A DNA stretch of 64,000 nucleotides, from NCBI GenBank assembly GCA_020635085.1, contig JACKAL010000001.1, positions 221,318 through 285,317 on the forward strand, given 5' to 3'. Source of the stretch: Pseudobdellovibrionaceae bacterium. Its GTDB lineage: Bacteria > Bdellovibrionota > Bdellovibrionia > Bdellovibrionales > JAGQZY01. The translations under genes and the position numbers were made by a program. The notes below the pieces were generated by a model. The model was not told the DNA's origin and did not search any database. It saw only the letters and a program-made list of their open reading frames with translations. Shown here one piece after another: positions 34,458 to 44,273 of this stretch (positions within the stretch are counted from its first letter, which is position 1; each line of letters starts with the position of its first letter).

Positions 34458-35279
34458 TTAGAAATCCTGGATTTGGTCTACAAGCTCTGGCATGTCGATA
34501 AAAGGATTTCTCACTTTTTCGATTTCAAAGACCTTATTATTACGCTCGATTTCGTGTTGATCTACTGGATCTAACTTGTGCCACTCGCGCAAGTAAGCTT
34601 CTTCGTTTTTGCTGAGTTTAGCTTGGTAGCGTGTGACGTAATAAAATGTCGCGCGTGCCATATCACCTTTAACAGAGGTGTGTGGTTCGAAAACTTGATC
34701 GTTTTCTTTGCTCAAGCCCAGGGCGGCATCTTGGCAGGCAACAGTTTTTGGTTTTGTCACGTCCCCATAAGGGAAGTTACCGCGAATAGCATTTACCTTA
34801 CTGATCTCTGGATAGAGTATGTGGAGGTCTGCTTTCTGCGTGCCCTTCGGGAATTTATTGGTAAATAAACTTTGCGGCCATGCATGTTCGACGTTGGCGA
34901 TTTTTTCAGAAGGAATCTTCATGGGGCCAATGGCGTCTTTTTGTCCATTAAAATCGTCAATCGAGAGAAGCTCGCCACAATAATAAGTTTCTAAATGATA
35001 GCCTGTTTGTGCATTTCCACTCAGGTGAAGGTAACCAAACAAGTACTCGCGTGCACTTTTATATGTAAGTGGTGTGTGTTTGTAGCATTGGGTATCACTA
35101 CAAGATGGTAGAATGATATCAGCATTGCCATGCGGTTTATGATAGGAGTTGAGAATTGTAAACAAAGTGTCTTTTAGATCTTTCGAATGATCTATAGATG
35201 CATAATAAGCTTGAACATCTGTTGGAAGACTACTGCGATCGGCCCATGTCCACGGTAACAAAAAAACCAAAATCCACAT
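34458..35279 (-). CDS. secreted endonuclease I family nuclease (EndA/Vvn-like)
   Basis: ATG 35279 gives the signal peptide MWILVFLLPWTWA, with a G-rich RBS upstream. YYCGE, NVEHAWPQS, NAIRGNFPYG and FEP..KGDMARATFYYVTRY are endonuclease I motifs. Confidence 0.88.
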   Translation of the reverse strand: MWILVFLLPWTWADRSSLPTDVQAYYASIDHSKDLKDTLFTILNSYHKPHGNADIILPSCSDTQCYKHTPLTYKSAREYLFGYLHLSGNAQTGYHLETYYCGELLSIDDFNGQKDAIGPMKIPSEKIANVEHAWPQSLFTNKFPKGTQKADLHILYPEISKVNAIRGNFPYGDVTKPKTVACQDAALGLSKENDQVFEPHTSVKGDMARATFYYVTRYQAKLSKNEEAYLREWHKLDPVDQHEIERNNKVFEIEKVRNPFIDMPELVDQIQDF

Positions 35280-35400
35280 ACCCCGTACCCCCTTTTGATT
35301 TGCCTCAGTCGTACTTGACAGCTCAACCAATCACAACAGGAATTTTGGATATAATCAAACCTTTACAGAGAGCTGGTAAAGTAGGCGCTGGATAGGTCTA

Positions 35401-36765
35401 TTAGGACCATTTAAAACGCTTTTCAGCGAGAATACCCAAAAAATAGCTACATAATGCAGCAAAAACCGCAGTGAGAAAGGGGGCGGGTATTTTTGCATAA
35501 GACCCCAGTGGGTAGACTATGGCGCCTGTTAGAATACAAAAATTTGCCGCCCACAGGCCGCCCCACCGGCTCCATAGACCTATAAGTGCAGCAACAAGGA
35601 GGCCTGCTGTACCAAAAGAGGAGGCGATTTCTACCAACGAATAAATACCCGAAGAGGAGATTGCAATCATATAAGAAATCAAGGCGGCCATAATTACTAA
35701 AAAACGGGCGAGGATAAGTTCTTCTTTCTTGGTGCGGTGTTTTAAGTATTTTACAAATACGTTCTGCGATGCCATTGCGGAAACAGAAAGAAGAATACTA
35801 TCGATGGTAGAGAGCAGAGCGGAGATGAGTGCTCCAACAAAAATAATATAAGTGGATTGGTGTAAATATTTTTGCGCAAGCTCGGGCAAAAACTGCTCCT
35901 GATCGGTGATGTGAGGTAAAAGTTCTGGCCCTATAAGTCCCAAAATAACAGGGATACTTCCGGCAAAGAGATACATCCCACAGGCCGCAAAGCTAGAGTT
36001 GCGTGCGACTTCAGGAGATTTGGCGGATAGCGTTCGTGAGATTAATTCCTGAGTAATGAGAGAGCCCAAAATAGGAATGGCCCAACGATCCATACGTTGC
36101 CAAGGGGATTCATGTATGGCGACAAAACTCAAGCGCTCAGGGGAAACATGAGTCCACCACTGTGCAAAAGAAAAATCCGAGGAGTACACAACGGTAACCA
36201 GGAGAACAATGAGCCCGGTGATGACTAAAAGTCCTTGAATAAAATCGGTAATCATATCTCCCAAAAGACCACCTAAAAATGTGTAAAACACAATAAAGAT
36301 AGTACAGATGAGCATGGTGATATCGACAGGTAGTTCGGTGGAACTACTGATAATTTGACCAAAGGCACGGATCTGAGCTCCACCCCAGATGAGAGAGCCA
36401 GGAATCAAGATTAAAACGGTGAGTTTTTCCGTAGACCAACCAAAACGGCGGGCGAACATGTCGCCAATGGTGATGTAGTTACCTTTCCACATAGGAACTG
36501 CGATAAAAAATCCCATAAATAGAAGGCACAGGCTGTAGCCGAAGGGATCGGCACGACTTCCCGAAAGACCGTGAGCGTAGACTGCACCTGCAGAGCCAAT
36601 ACAGGTTTCTGCACCGAACCATGTGGCGACAAGTGAAACGGAGACGAGTGGCAGGGAGAGTTGTTTGCCAGCCAAGAAAAAATCAGTGGCATTTTTGACC
36701 TTTTTCGACACCCAATAACCAATAGCCATCTGTAGTAGAAGATATGCGCCGATAAAATAGATCAT
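35401..36765 (-). CDS. sodium:solute symporter family transporter
   Basis: 454 aa and polytopic. FFLAGKQLSLPLVSVSLVATWFGAETCIG is SSF-typical. Confidence 0.85.
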   Translation of the reverse strand: MIYFIGAYLLLQMAIGYWVSKKVKNATDFFLAGKQLSLPLVSVSLVATWFGAETCIGSAGAVYAHGLSGSRADPFGYSLCLLFMGFFIAVPMWKGNYITIGDMFARRFGWSTEKLTVLILIPGSLIWGGAQIRAFGQIISSSTELPVDITMLICTIFIVFYTFLGGLLGDMITDFIQGLLVITGLIVLLVTVVYSSDFSFAQWWTHVSPERLSFVAIHESPWQRMDRWAIPILGSLITQELISRTLSAKSPEVARNSSFAACGMYLFAGSIPVILGLIGPELLPHITDQEQFLPELAQKYLHQSTYIIFVGALISALLSTIDSILLSVSAMASQNVFVKYLKHRTKKEELILARFLVIMAALISYMIAISSSGIYSLVEIASSFGTAGLLVAALIGLWSRWGGLWAANFCILTGAIVYPLGSYAKIPAPFLTAVFAALCSYFLGILAEKRFKWS

Positions 36766-36839
36766 AGTTATTTGTAGATGAGATGAGTGGTCATGACAAA
36801 TTGTTTTTGGCTTCGTGAGGTAACTTTTGTAAAATAGAA

Positions 36840-38534
36840 ATGGTCATGGATCTTAAAGAGCTTGTTTCGCAATTTCCGCATCAGCCCGGTGTCTATATTA
36901 TGAAGAATAAGGACACCAAAATTATTTATGTCGGAAAAGCCAAGGATTTGCGCAATCGTGTGCGCAGCTATTTCAATAAAAACATCGACAGTGTCAAGAC
37001 GACCTTCTTGGTGCGTAACATTCAGCATATCGAATACATTATCACCAAAACCGAAGCTGAGGCCTTTTTATTAGAGGCAACACTTATTAAGAAGCACCGG
37101 CCCCGCTACAATATTCGCCTAAAAGATGACAAGGCTTACCCCTACATTCGCTTAAGCAAGAAAGATGATTTTCCGCGTTTTTATTTGGCGCGAAAAGTTA
37201 AACGCGATGGTGCGATTTACTACGGTCCCTACACCAGCGGGCAAGTGGTGCGTGATACGATTCAATTTCTCAATCAGGTGTACAAAATCCGCGATTGTAC
37301 CGATCATTTTTTTCGTGCACGTAAGCGCCCGTGTATGACCTACGATATCGGCCGTTGCACAGGGCCTTGTGTGGGCTTGATCTCGGTAGAGGATTACCAG
37401 GTTTCAATTAAAGGGGCACAAAACTTTTTTAAAAATAAAAATAAAAAGCTTCTCACCGATATGGAGCAGGAGATGGCCCTCCTTGCCGAGGACGAAAAGT
37501 TTGAGCTCGCCGCCCGCGTGCGCGACAGTCTCCATGCCATCCGCCGGGTTTTAGAAAAGCAATCAGTAATTAGCACCGATATTGATCTCGATCAGGATGT
37601 GTTTAGTTATTATGGTGATCAGCGTGGTACGTTGATCTGCTCGCTCCATGTGCGCCAAGGGGCGGTGATTGGTTCTAAGGGGCATTTCTTTCCTCTGATT
37701 GATAGCTCTGCCCCCGAAGAGGATGTGCGCGATTGGCTGATGACGTTTTTAAATCAGTACTATGAGGACAATGTGGTGCCCGATGAAATTCTTTTGCCGA
37801 TCGACATTGGTCATGACTTAAGAAAACTTCTTACCGACGTATTAAAGTTGTATTCTGATAAGCCCGTCAAAATTGTTTTTCCCACCGATTCCTTCGGGCA
37901 AAAACTTTTGGATATGGCTCAGGCAAACGCCGAAAAGAAATTCCAAAATCATGTGACCAAATCCCAAGAAAAACAAAATGCACTTGTGATGATCCAGGAA
38001 AAGCTCAAGCTTCCCAAACTTCCGCGCCGTATTGAGTGTTATGACATTTCCAATTTTCAAGGACAGGAAACGGTGGCCTCACAAGTGGTGTTCGAAGATG
38101 GTGTACCCAACAAAGATCAATATCGACGCTACAAGATTCGTACGGTACAAGGGATTAATGATTTTGAATCCATGAAAGAAGTTCTGTTAAGACGCTTACA
38201 ACACGAAGAGTGGGATGAGCCCGATTTAATTGTGGTTGACGGCGGGCGTGGACAGCTGAAGTTTGCCATGCGCGCCCTTGAAGCGCTCGGTAAAGAGCAT
38301 ATTCCGATTGTGGGACTTGCGAAAGAGCGCACGCGCTCCAGCTTTAAGGACGAAGAGGTGGAAAAAACCGTTGAACGTTTTTATTTACCCAACCGCCAGA
38401 ACCCAGTGGTTTTTTCCTCATCGACGGAGGCGTTTCGTATTTTAGTGTCCTTACGCGATGAGGCCCATCGCTTTGCGATCACTTACCATCGCTTACTGCG
38501 CGATAAAGATTTTTTTGCCACTACTGATGAATGA
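36840..38534 (+). CDS. uvrC: excinuclease ABC subunit C, lacking the C-terminal (HhH)2 domain
   Basis: GIY-YIG (PGVYIMKNKDTKIIYVGKAKDLRNRVRSYF), Cys cluster (CTDHFF..CMTYDIGRCTGPC), UVR motif, endonuclease domain (ECYDISNFQG, LIVVDGGRGQL, LAKE) and EAHRFAITYHR. The protein ends 14 aa after that motif. Confidence 0.93.
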   Translation: MVMDLKELVSQFPHQPGVYIMKNKDTKIIYVGKAKDLRNRVRSYFNKNIDSVKTTFLVRNIQHIEYIITKTEAEAFLLEATLIKKHRPRYNIRLKDDKAYPYIRLSKKDDFPRFYLARKVKRDGAIYYGPYTSGQVVRDTIQFLNQVYKIRDCTDHFFRARKRPCMTYDIGRCTGPCVGLISVEDYQVSIKGAQNFFKNKNKKLLTDMEQEMALLAEDEKFELAARVRDSLHAIRRVLEKQSVISTDIDLDQDVFSYYGDQRGTLICSLHVRQGAVIGSKGHFFPLIDSSAPEEDVRDWLMTFLNQYYEDNVVPDEILLPIDIGHDLRKLLTDVLKLYSDKPVKIVFPTDSFGQKLLDMAQANAEKKFQNHVTKSQEKQNALVMIQEKLKLPKLPRRIECYDISNFQGQETVASQVVFEDGVPNKDQYRRYKIRTVQGINDFESMKEVLLRRLQHEEWDEPDLIVVDGGRGQLKFAMRALEALGKEHIPIVGLAKERTRSSFKDEEVEKTVERFYLPNRQNPVVFSSSTEAFRILVSLRDEAHRFAITYHRLLRDKDFFATTDE

Positions 38535-38590
38535 GAATAGATTTTATATTAGCAAGTCTAATACGCACGCCTCAGGATGGCTGGGGTACA

Positions 38591-39328
38591 CTAATTAAGA
38601 TCCTCAGACGAATAGCCCCAGGAGTTTAAAATTTCCACTTCGTTTTCTTCGGAGAGAGTTTTTTTAAATTTCGCTCCTGATACACCTTTCACACGACGTT
38701 CACACTCGGGCCAGGTCGCATGGCGGGCCACTTGGCCATTCACCACGCTAATGTAGGAATAGGCCGCAGCTTTTTCTTGCTTGGGTTTCATAGGAGGAAG
38801 AGAGGTATCCTCCGGGATGTCGTAGGGGTTATGTTCGTATTTTAAAAGCGGCCCTTTATACAAAGAACAATATTGATTTTTAGAAAAACTCACTGCAATT
38901 TCATCACAACGTTCATTGCCGGGATTGCCTGTGTGCCCGCGAACATAGTTCCAAGAAATATTTTTTGCGCCACGGTCCTGTACCAGGCGAAATAATTCTT
39001 TCCACTCATCGCTATTGGCGACGGGATCGCCTTCGGCATTTTTCCAACCACGTTTGAGCCAACCCCAAATCCACTGGGTAATCCCGCGGATCACATAGGT
39101 GGAATCTGTACATAGATAAACCTCTTCCGTGCGGGTGCGCACAAAATAAAGTGCCGAGATGGCAGCTGTCAGCTCCATTTTATTATTAGTGGTGGGGCGC
39201 GCGCCATCACCTAATTCGTGCACGATCCCTTCTGGATAAGCAATGATGGCACCCCAACCGCCTGGACCTGGATTTCCTGAGCAGGCGCCATCGGTGTGAA
39301 TCACAATTTTATCTTTAAAAAGGCTCAT
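38591..39328 (-). CDS. rnhA: RNase HI with a C-terminal hybrid-binding (Cauli_VI/HBD-like) domain
   Basis: IVIHTDGACSGNPGPGGWG, MELTA, CTDSTYV and GHTGNPGNERCDEIA give the DEDD set. The C-terminal YSYISVVNGQVARHATWPECERRVKGVSGAKFKKTLSEE matches the HBD pattern. Confidence 0.88.
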   Translation of the reverse strand: MSLFKDKIVIHTDGACSGNPGPGGWGAIIAYPEGIVHELGDGARPTTNNKMELTAAISALYFVRTRTEEVYLCTDSTYVIRGITQWIWGWLKRGWKNAEGDPVANSDEWKELFRLVQDRGAKNISWNYVRGHTGNPGNERCDEIAVSFSKNQYCSLYKGPLLKYEHNPYDIPEDTSLPPMKPKQEKAAAYSYISVVNGQVARHATWPECERRVKGVSGAKFKKTLSEENEVEILNSWGYSSEDLN

Positions 39329-41274
39329 TACTTTAAATACCTTTCGAAGAAGTCCACGGTATAACTATTCAGAAGAACAATGTTTGGTCTTTTGGAAACG
39401 CCATGGCCTTCGTCGGGAAAAATAATAAGTGAAGCATCTTTATTATTTTGTTGTACTGTTTCGTGAAACTGTACAGCTTCTCCAACCGGTACGCGCGGGT
39501 CTGTGGCACCATGGGCGATAAGAAGAGGTTTACGGACTTTATCGATATACGATACGGGCGACAGCTTTAACATAAACTCGCGGTCCGTTTTGGGTTCACC
39601 GTATTCGTTGGCACGAAGGGCACGTCGATAGGGCGCGGTGTTCTCTATAAACGTTATTAAGCTGCTCATGCCGACAATAGCAAAGCTTGCGTCGTAATCG
39701 TCGGCAAACATGGAGGCGCCCACAAGTGTGGAGTAACCCCCATAACTTCCACCAGTGATACCCACTTTTGGTACAACGCCATTATAAGCCATGTTCTTTT
39801 TAACAAAACGGGCGGCATCACGAATATCAGTAATAACTTTTAAACGATTTGCACCATTATCAGCACGCAACCATTTTTTGCCATAGCCATCGCTACCGCG
39901 AACATTCGGTTGGATATAAACAAAACCTCTATCTACATAAAGGTTAATAATAGGGTTAAAGCGCGGTTGGCTTTGCGACTCAGGCCCACCGTGGAAGTTG
40001 ATGATCACTGGGCACGTTTTTGTTTTACAGGCTTGCGAACGCCATACAAACATCGGAATGGGTGTGCCGTCTTCCGCAGGATAGGTCATCAGTTCTGCTT
40101 TTACATAGCCAAGGGTATTGACCTCTGGAGTGGAGGAGTGAACCCACTCTGTAGATTTTCTGGTTTTGAGGTCGAACACATAGTTTTTGCGCGGAGAATT
40201 AAATAATTCTATAGCAAAAGTAATGTAGCGGCTGTTCGGAGAAAAAGAACCCCAATAGGCTTGCTCACTATTTTTAGGAGCAAGAATGGGAATTTCTTTT
40301 TTGTTGGATGTTTGCAGTAAATGAATATGGGCATAGCCATCTTTGTTGATGGTGTAGGCTAGGAAATGGCGATCGCGGGACATGCTCATATCATCCACGT
40401 CGGCATTGTTTACCGAGATGTAGGGTGCCAGTTTATTATTTTTTAAAAGGTAGATCGCACGAAAATCATTTACTTTATTGGTGAGAACATAATACTCGTC
40501 AGATTTGGCGGAAAGAAGAACAGAAAAATCCTCGATTTCGTTTTGTCCAATAAGCGGTGTGGCCTCTTTAGTTTTTAAGTTTAAGAGGAAGTGTTCGTTG
40601 TGCATACTGCCATTGTGTTTGGATAAAATGGCGCGCTCACCGAGATGATCCGACAACGACCAAATTCCCGGTTTATCCCACACTACGGAGCTCTTACCAC
40701 TTGCGATATCATAATAATAAATAACATAAGAATCGGGAGAAAGATTGTTGCTTGTATAATAAAGTCCGCGAGAATCTTCAGAAAATCCTTGATACGAGGT
40801 TTGATATTTTGAGTTGTAGTAAACTGTTTTGAGCTCGCCACCGGCTGCCGACAATAAAAAGATACCGTAGTTTTCATCGCCTTTATTGTCGCGCGAAACC
40901 ACCAACCATTTATTGTCGGGACTCATACCAACAAGATTGGAGCGATCTTCTCCGCCGGTAATTTGTGTCGGGAAAGAATTAGGGCCGTCGAGGCGCCAAA
41001 TTTGATTAGAGCCGGTGACTGTCCAATTGACGAAAAGTTTTTTTCCATCACTGGTGATCACCCCCGCAGAGGGAGAGCGAATATCCACCAATTTTTCGAT
41101 TTGGTTTTTAATAGCGGATTTTGGCGTGGGGGGTGCATAACGTGCTAAGGTTTCAGGAGAAATACTTTGTAAACCATAACCAGAATAACTTTTACTTTTT
41201 GGGTTCGACGAGCAGCCGATAAGGAGTGCAAAAGTCGCTGCACTTAAATACGTTCTCAAAATAAATTTCTTCAT
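39328..41274 (-). CDS. S9-family prolyl oligopeptidase/dipeptidyl peptidase lipoprotein
   Basis: Lipobox LLIGCSS, a long N-terminal propeller-like region, GITGGSYGGY (nucleophile elbow) and GATDPRVP..GHG. Confidence 0.88.
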   Translation of the reverse strand: MKKFILRTYLSAATFALLIGCSSNPKSKSYSGYGLQSISPETLARYAPPTPKSAIKNQIEKLVDIRSPSAGVITSDGKKLFVNWTVTGSNQIWRLDGPNSFPTQITGGEDRSNLVGMSPDNKWLVVSRDNKGDENYGIFLLSAAGGELKTVYYNSKYQTSYQGFSEDSRGLYYTSNNLSPDSYVIYYYDIASGKSSVVWDKPGIWSLSDHLGERAILSKHNGSMHNEHFLLNLKTKEATPLIGQNEIEDFSVLLSAKSDEYYVLTNKVNDFRAIYLLKNNKLAPYISVNNADVDDMSMSRDRHFLAYTINKDGYAHIHLLQTSNKKEIPILAPKNSEQAYWGSFSPNSRYITFAIELFNSPRKNYVFDLKTRKSTEWVHSSTPEVNTLGYVKAELMTYPAEDGTPIPMFVWRSQACKTKTCPVIINFHGGPESQSQPRFNPIINLYVDRGFVYIQPNVRGSDGYGKKWLRADNGANRLKVITDIRDAARFVKKNMAYNGVVPKVGITGGSYGGYSTLVGASMFADDYDASFAIVGMSSLITFIENTAPYRRALRANEYGEPKTDREFMLKLSPVSYIDKVRKPLLIAHGATDPRVPVGEAVQFHETVQQNNKDASLIIFPDEGHGVSKRPNIVLLNSYTVDFFERYLK

Positions 41275-41350
41275 TCTTTCCCCCGTGTTGTTTATCTCAT
41301 TAAAATCGAAATCCTACCTATAACATGATTCATAGATAGGTTCTAAGTTT

Positions 41351-42322
41351 TTAGGCATGTTCTTTTAAGATAATTTGAAGCGCATCATCGAGCCAGCGGT
41401 GATAACCGAAGGCACTGAGACGATCTTTTCTTAATGGTCGACTCAAATACCCGATATGCCCACCTCGTTCTTCCATGTGCAGATAAATGTGTTTGTTGTG
41501 CTGGGCATTAAGATAGGGCTGCCAGGGAATAAAGGGGTCGTCTTTTGCTGTGATAATCACCGTCGGTGTTTTGATATTTTTGAAATGATCAAAGGTTGAG
41601 CATTTTTGATAGTAATCACTAGCGCTCACAAAACCGGAGTAGGGTGCCGTATAGAGCTCATCGATGTTTCGCAGATAAGGGAACGCACCCAATTTTTTAT
41701 CAAATGTGATGCGTCCGCTTTTGGTCTTTGCGTTGATTTCTTTGCGTGTGTTCCACACAAAATGTAAATCATAGATACGATTAAAACCTTTGGTCAGTTG
41801 CTCCGAGCACGCATTCAGATCAATGGGGGCATTGACCGCAACGGCAAAATCAGGAAGGGCGGTACCTCTCAGCCCACAGAGCAAATTTAATAGAGCATTG
41901 GCGCCAAGGGAAAAGCCAATAGCAAGGATACGTTTTTTAGGAAACCTATTTCGATAATGTGCAATCACATCAGAAACATCATCACCACGGCCAGAGTGGT
42001 AGGGGCTGTTGGCCAGGCCAAAACCCGCACCACAATCGCGATGATTGATCAGAACAGCGCTGTGCCCTAAGGAGCGAATAATACGAGCTGTGCGTCCCAT
42101 GTAGTTGGACTCGATGGAACCATTGAGTCCATGGAACAAAAGAACCAGGCTGCGACTATCGCCAGAAAATAAAGTGGTATGCAGATGGTCGCCATCACTG
42201 AGAGGCACAAGGTGAGTGGCACCCGTTTCGCTAAATGTTGGCGAGGGTAATAAATACCCAAGCAATGTTTGTAGATGCCCTGAATCAGCCCAAGCTGGTG
42301 GTTCACATGGGGGAATATTCAT
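41351..42322 (-). CDS. alpha/beta hydrolase (YheT/ABHD-like)
   Basis: LLFHGLNGS and GFSLGAN (GxSxG), with DDPF and GGHIGY near the C-terminus. Start is ATG 42322 or TTG 42340. Confidence 0.8.
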   Translation of the reverse strand: MNIPPCEPPAWADSGHLQTLLGYLLPSPTFSETGATHLVPLSDGDHLHTTLFSGDSRSLVLLFHGLNGSIESNYMGRTARIIRSLGHSAVLINHRDCGAGFGLANSPYHSGRGDDVSDVIAHYRNRFPKKRILAIGFSLGANALLNLLCGLRGTALPDFAVAVNAPIDLNACSEQLTKGFNRIYDLHFVWNTRKEINAKTKSGRITFDKKLGAFPYLRNIDELYTAPYSGFVSASDYYQKCSTFDHFKNIKTPTVIITAKDDPFIPWQPYLNAQHNKHIYLHMEERGGHIGYLSRPLRKDRLSAFGYHRWLDDALQIILKEHA

Positions 42323-42414
42323 AGTACATAGGAGTATCAAGTCGTAAACAAAATGGCTAGTGCTCTTCTAATAAAGCACTGGAGCTAGGATATTTTATTT
42401 TTGGGGAGATAGAT

Positions 42415-43143
42415 ATGAGAAATAGCGTTGTTATTTTATGTTTAGTACTGATTTTTGGCTGTGCGCACAAAGAATCTATGGAGAATTCTCAAGAGCAAAC
42501 GGCTCAGGAAAGTCAGGAGCATGGAGGGCAGCACCATGAGGGCGGCGAGCACCATGGCCACCATGGAGGACACCAGCATGGTTTTAAGGATGCAAAAAAA
42601 TGGGCTAAAGCCTTTGATGATCCCTCTCGTGATCAGTGGCAAAAACCAGATGTGGTTTTAAAAAATTTACCGCTTCAAAAAAGTAAATGTATTGCAGATA
42701 TTGGTGCAGGAACGGGTTATTTTTCTACGAAAATGGCGCATGCAGCTCCTAAAACTCACGTGTATGCTATCGATATTGAACAGGACATGGTGGACTATTT
42801 AAAAACACGCGGCGAGAAAGAAGGATTAAAAAATCACATTCCACTCAAAAGTGATGAAACGTTTCCCACTCTTCCTGAAAAGTGCGACCTTCTCTTAACA
42901 GTTGATACTTACCATCATTTATCGGATCGTATTTTGTATTTTAAAAATTTACGCAATCAACTCTCTCCAAAGGCAGAGGTGGCCATCGTCGACTTTACCA
43001 AAGAAAGCCCTATCGGCCCTAAAAAGGAACATCGTCTCGATAAGGAACTAGTGAAAAACGAAATGCAAACTGCCGGGTTTCGCTTGTCTCGCGAGGTCGC
43101 AGGACTTCCCCATCAGTACTTTTTGATTTTTTCGAAAAACTAG
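42415..43143 (+). CDS. lipobox-bearing His-rich class I SAM methyltransferase
   Basis: MRNSVVILCLVLIFGCAH (lipobox), HGGQHHEGGEHHGHHGGHQHGF, WAKAFDDPSRDQWQKPDVV and DIGAGTGYFS (motif I). Confidence 0.8.
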   Translation: MRNSVVILCLVLIFGCAHKESMENSQEQTAQESQEHGGQHHEGGEHHGHHGGHQHGFKDAKKWAKAFDDPSRDQWQKPDVVLKNLPLQKSKCIADIGAGTGYFSTKMAHAAPKTHVYAIDIEQDMVDYLKTRGEKEGLKNHIPLKSDETFPTLPEKCDLLLTVDTYHHLSDRILYFKNLRNQLSPKAEVAIVDFTKESPIGPKKEHRLDKELVKNEMQTAGFRLSREVAGLPHQYFLIFSKN

Positions 43144-43237
43144 ATCGGTTTATTCCAGGCAATCGAAGGGTCGTTTTTTAAAAGGAAGATTTTTCGCTAC
43201 GGTGCTGTTTCTTGGATGGACTCTTATGAGATGGCAT

Positions 43238-44200
43238 CTAATAATTATTCAATGTCCAGGCTATGGATTCGAGGCGCTCCACCTCATCTGCCCAATAATT
43301 GTAGGTGGTAAAATCAGGAAATAATTTTGGAAACACAGGATCATCCCAGCGTCGTGCAATCCAAGCAGCATAGGAAAAAATGCGCAATCCGCGTAGAGCG
43401 GGGATTAAGAATAACTCGTTATCATCAAAGTCGCGTAGTTCTGAATAACCTGAGAGCAACTCGTTCATTTCTTCAGCGGATTCAGGGCCTGCCGAAGAGA
43501 GAAGCATCCAAAAATCTTGTACTGCGGGGCCGTTGATACAATCGTCGAAGTCGACAAAGAAATAATCACTGCCATCGTGGAGTAAATTACCCTTATGGCA
43601 GTCACCGTGGATACGAATAAAAGAATCGGGGTTGAGCTCGGAGATTAAAAAGTCCATGATCAACTCACAAGCCTCCTCGTAGCGGGACCACACCTCTGGT
43701 GCGACCCAACCATCAAGTTCTGCGAGACTGTCGAAAGGGATATAATTTTCAGCAGCCATAGTTTGCCGAAAAGAAAAACGTTTTTGTGCGCCGACATTAT
43801 GAAACTGAGCAATACGTTTACCCACTGTACGCAATTCGCCAGGTAAAAATTCCTGGGGCATGCGGCCCTTCTTTTTTGGATAAAGAGAAAAGAAAATATT
43901 ATCGCTTGTTTTATGAATATATCCATTGTCCTTTATGACGGGAACGGTGCGCACATCGGCTTGAAATAATTCTTCGACAAAGGTGTGTTCCTCTAGGAGA
44001 GTTTTTTCATTCCAACGGTGGGGTCGGTAGAATTTGCTGATAATATTTCCTGACGGTTCCAATTTAATATCAAAAACGCGATTTTCGTAGGAGTTCAATT
44101 GTAGTAGTTCCCCAGTAGGCCGATAACCTAAAATTTCCACGGACTGAAACACGTGTTCGGGAGAGAGTGAAAAAAAACTTTCTAAATGGGACGATTTCAT
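43238..44200 (-). CDS. srkA: stress-response Ser/Thr kinase SrkA (YihE/RdoA family)
   Basis: LNSYENRVF, KFYRPHRW, IHGDCHKGNLL, VDFDD and NGPAVQDFWMLL look collinear with what I recall of E. coli SrkA. Confidence 0.87.
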   Translation of the reverse strand: MKSSHLESFFSLSPEHVFQSVEILGYRPTGELLQLNSYENRVFDIKLEPSGNIISKFYRPHRWNEKTLLEEHTFVEELFQADVRTVPVIKDNGYIHKTSDNIFFSLYPKKKGRMPQEFLPGELRTVGKRIAQFHNVGAQKRFSFRQTMAAENYIPFDSLAELDGWVAPEVWSRYEEACELIMDFLISELNPDSFIRIHGDCHKGNLLHDGSDYFFVDFDDCINGPAVQDFWMLLSSAGPESAEEMNELLSGYSELRDFDDNELFLIPALRGLRIFSYAAWIARRWDDPVFPKLFPDFTTYNYWADEVERLESIAWTLNNY

Positions 44201-44273
44201 GAAAAGTATACTAACGCATAATTTAGGACATGTCCTTTTAAAAAGAAAGACCCTTGTCTGAATCTATCGCCAT

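Noticed and set aside
36768-37028. 86-aa ORF on the - strand between the symporter and uvrC
   Set aside because: It overlaps the well-supported uvrC GIY-YIG coding region in antisense and has no RBS.
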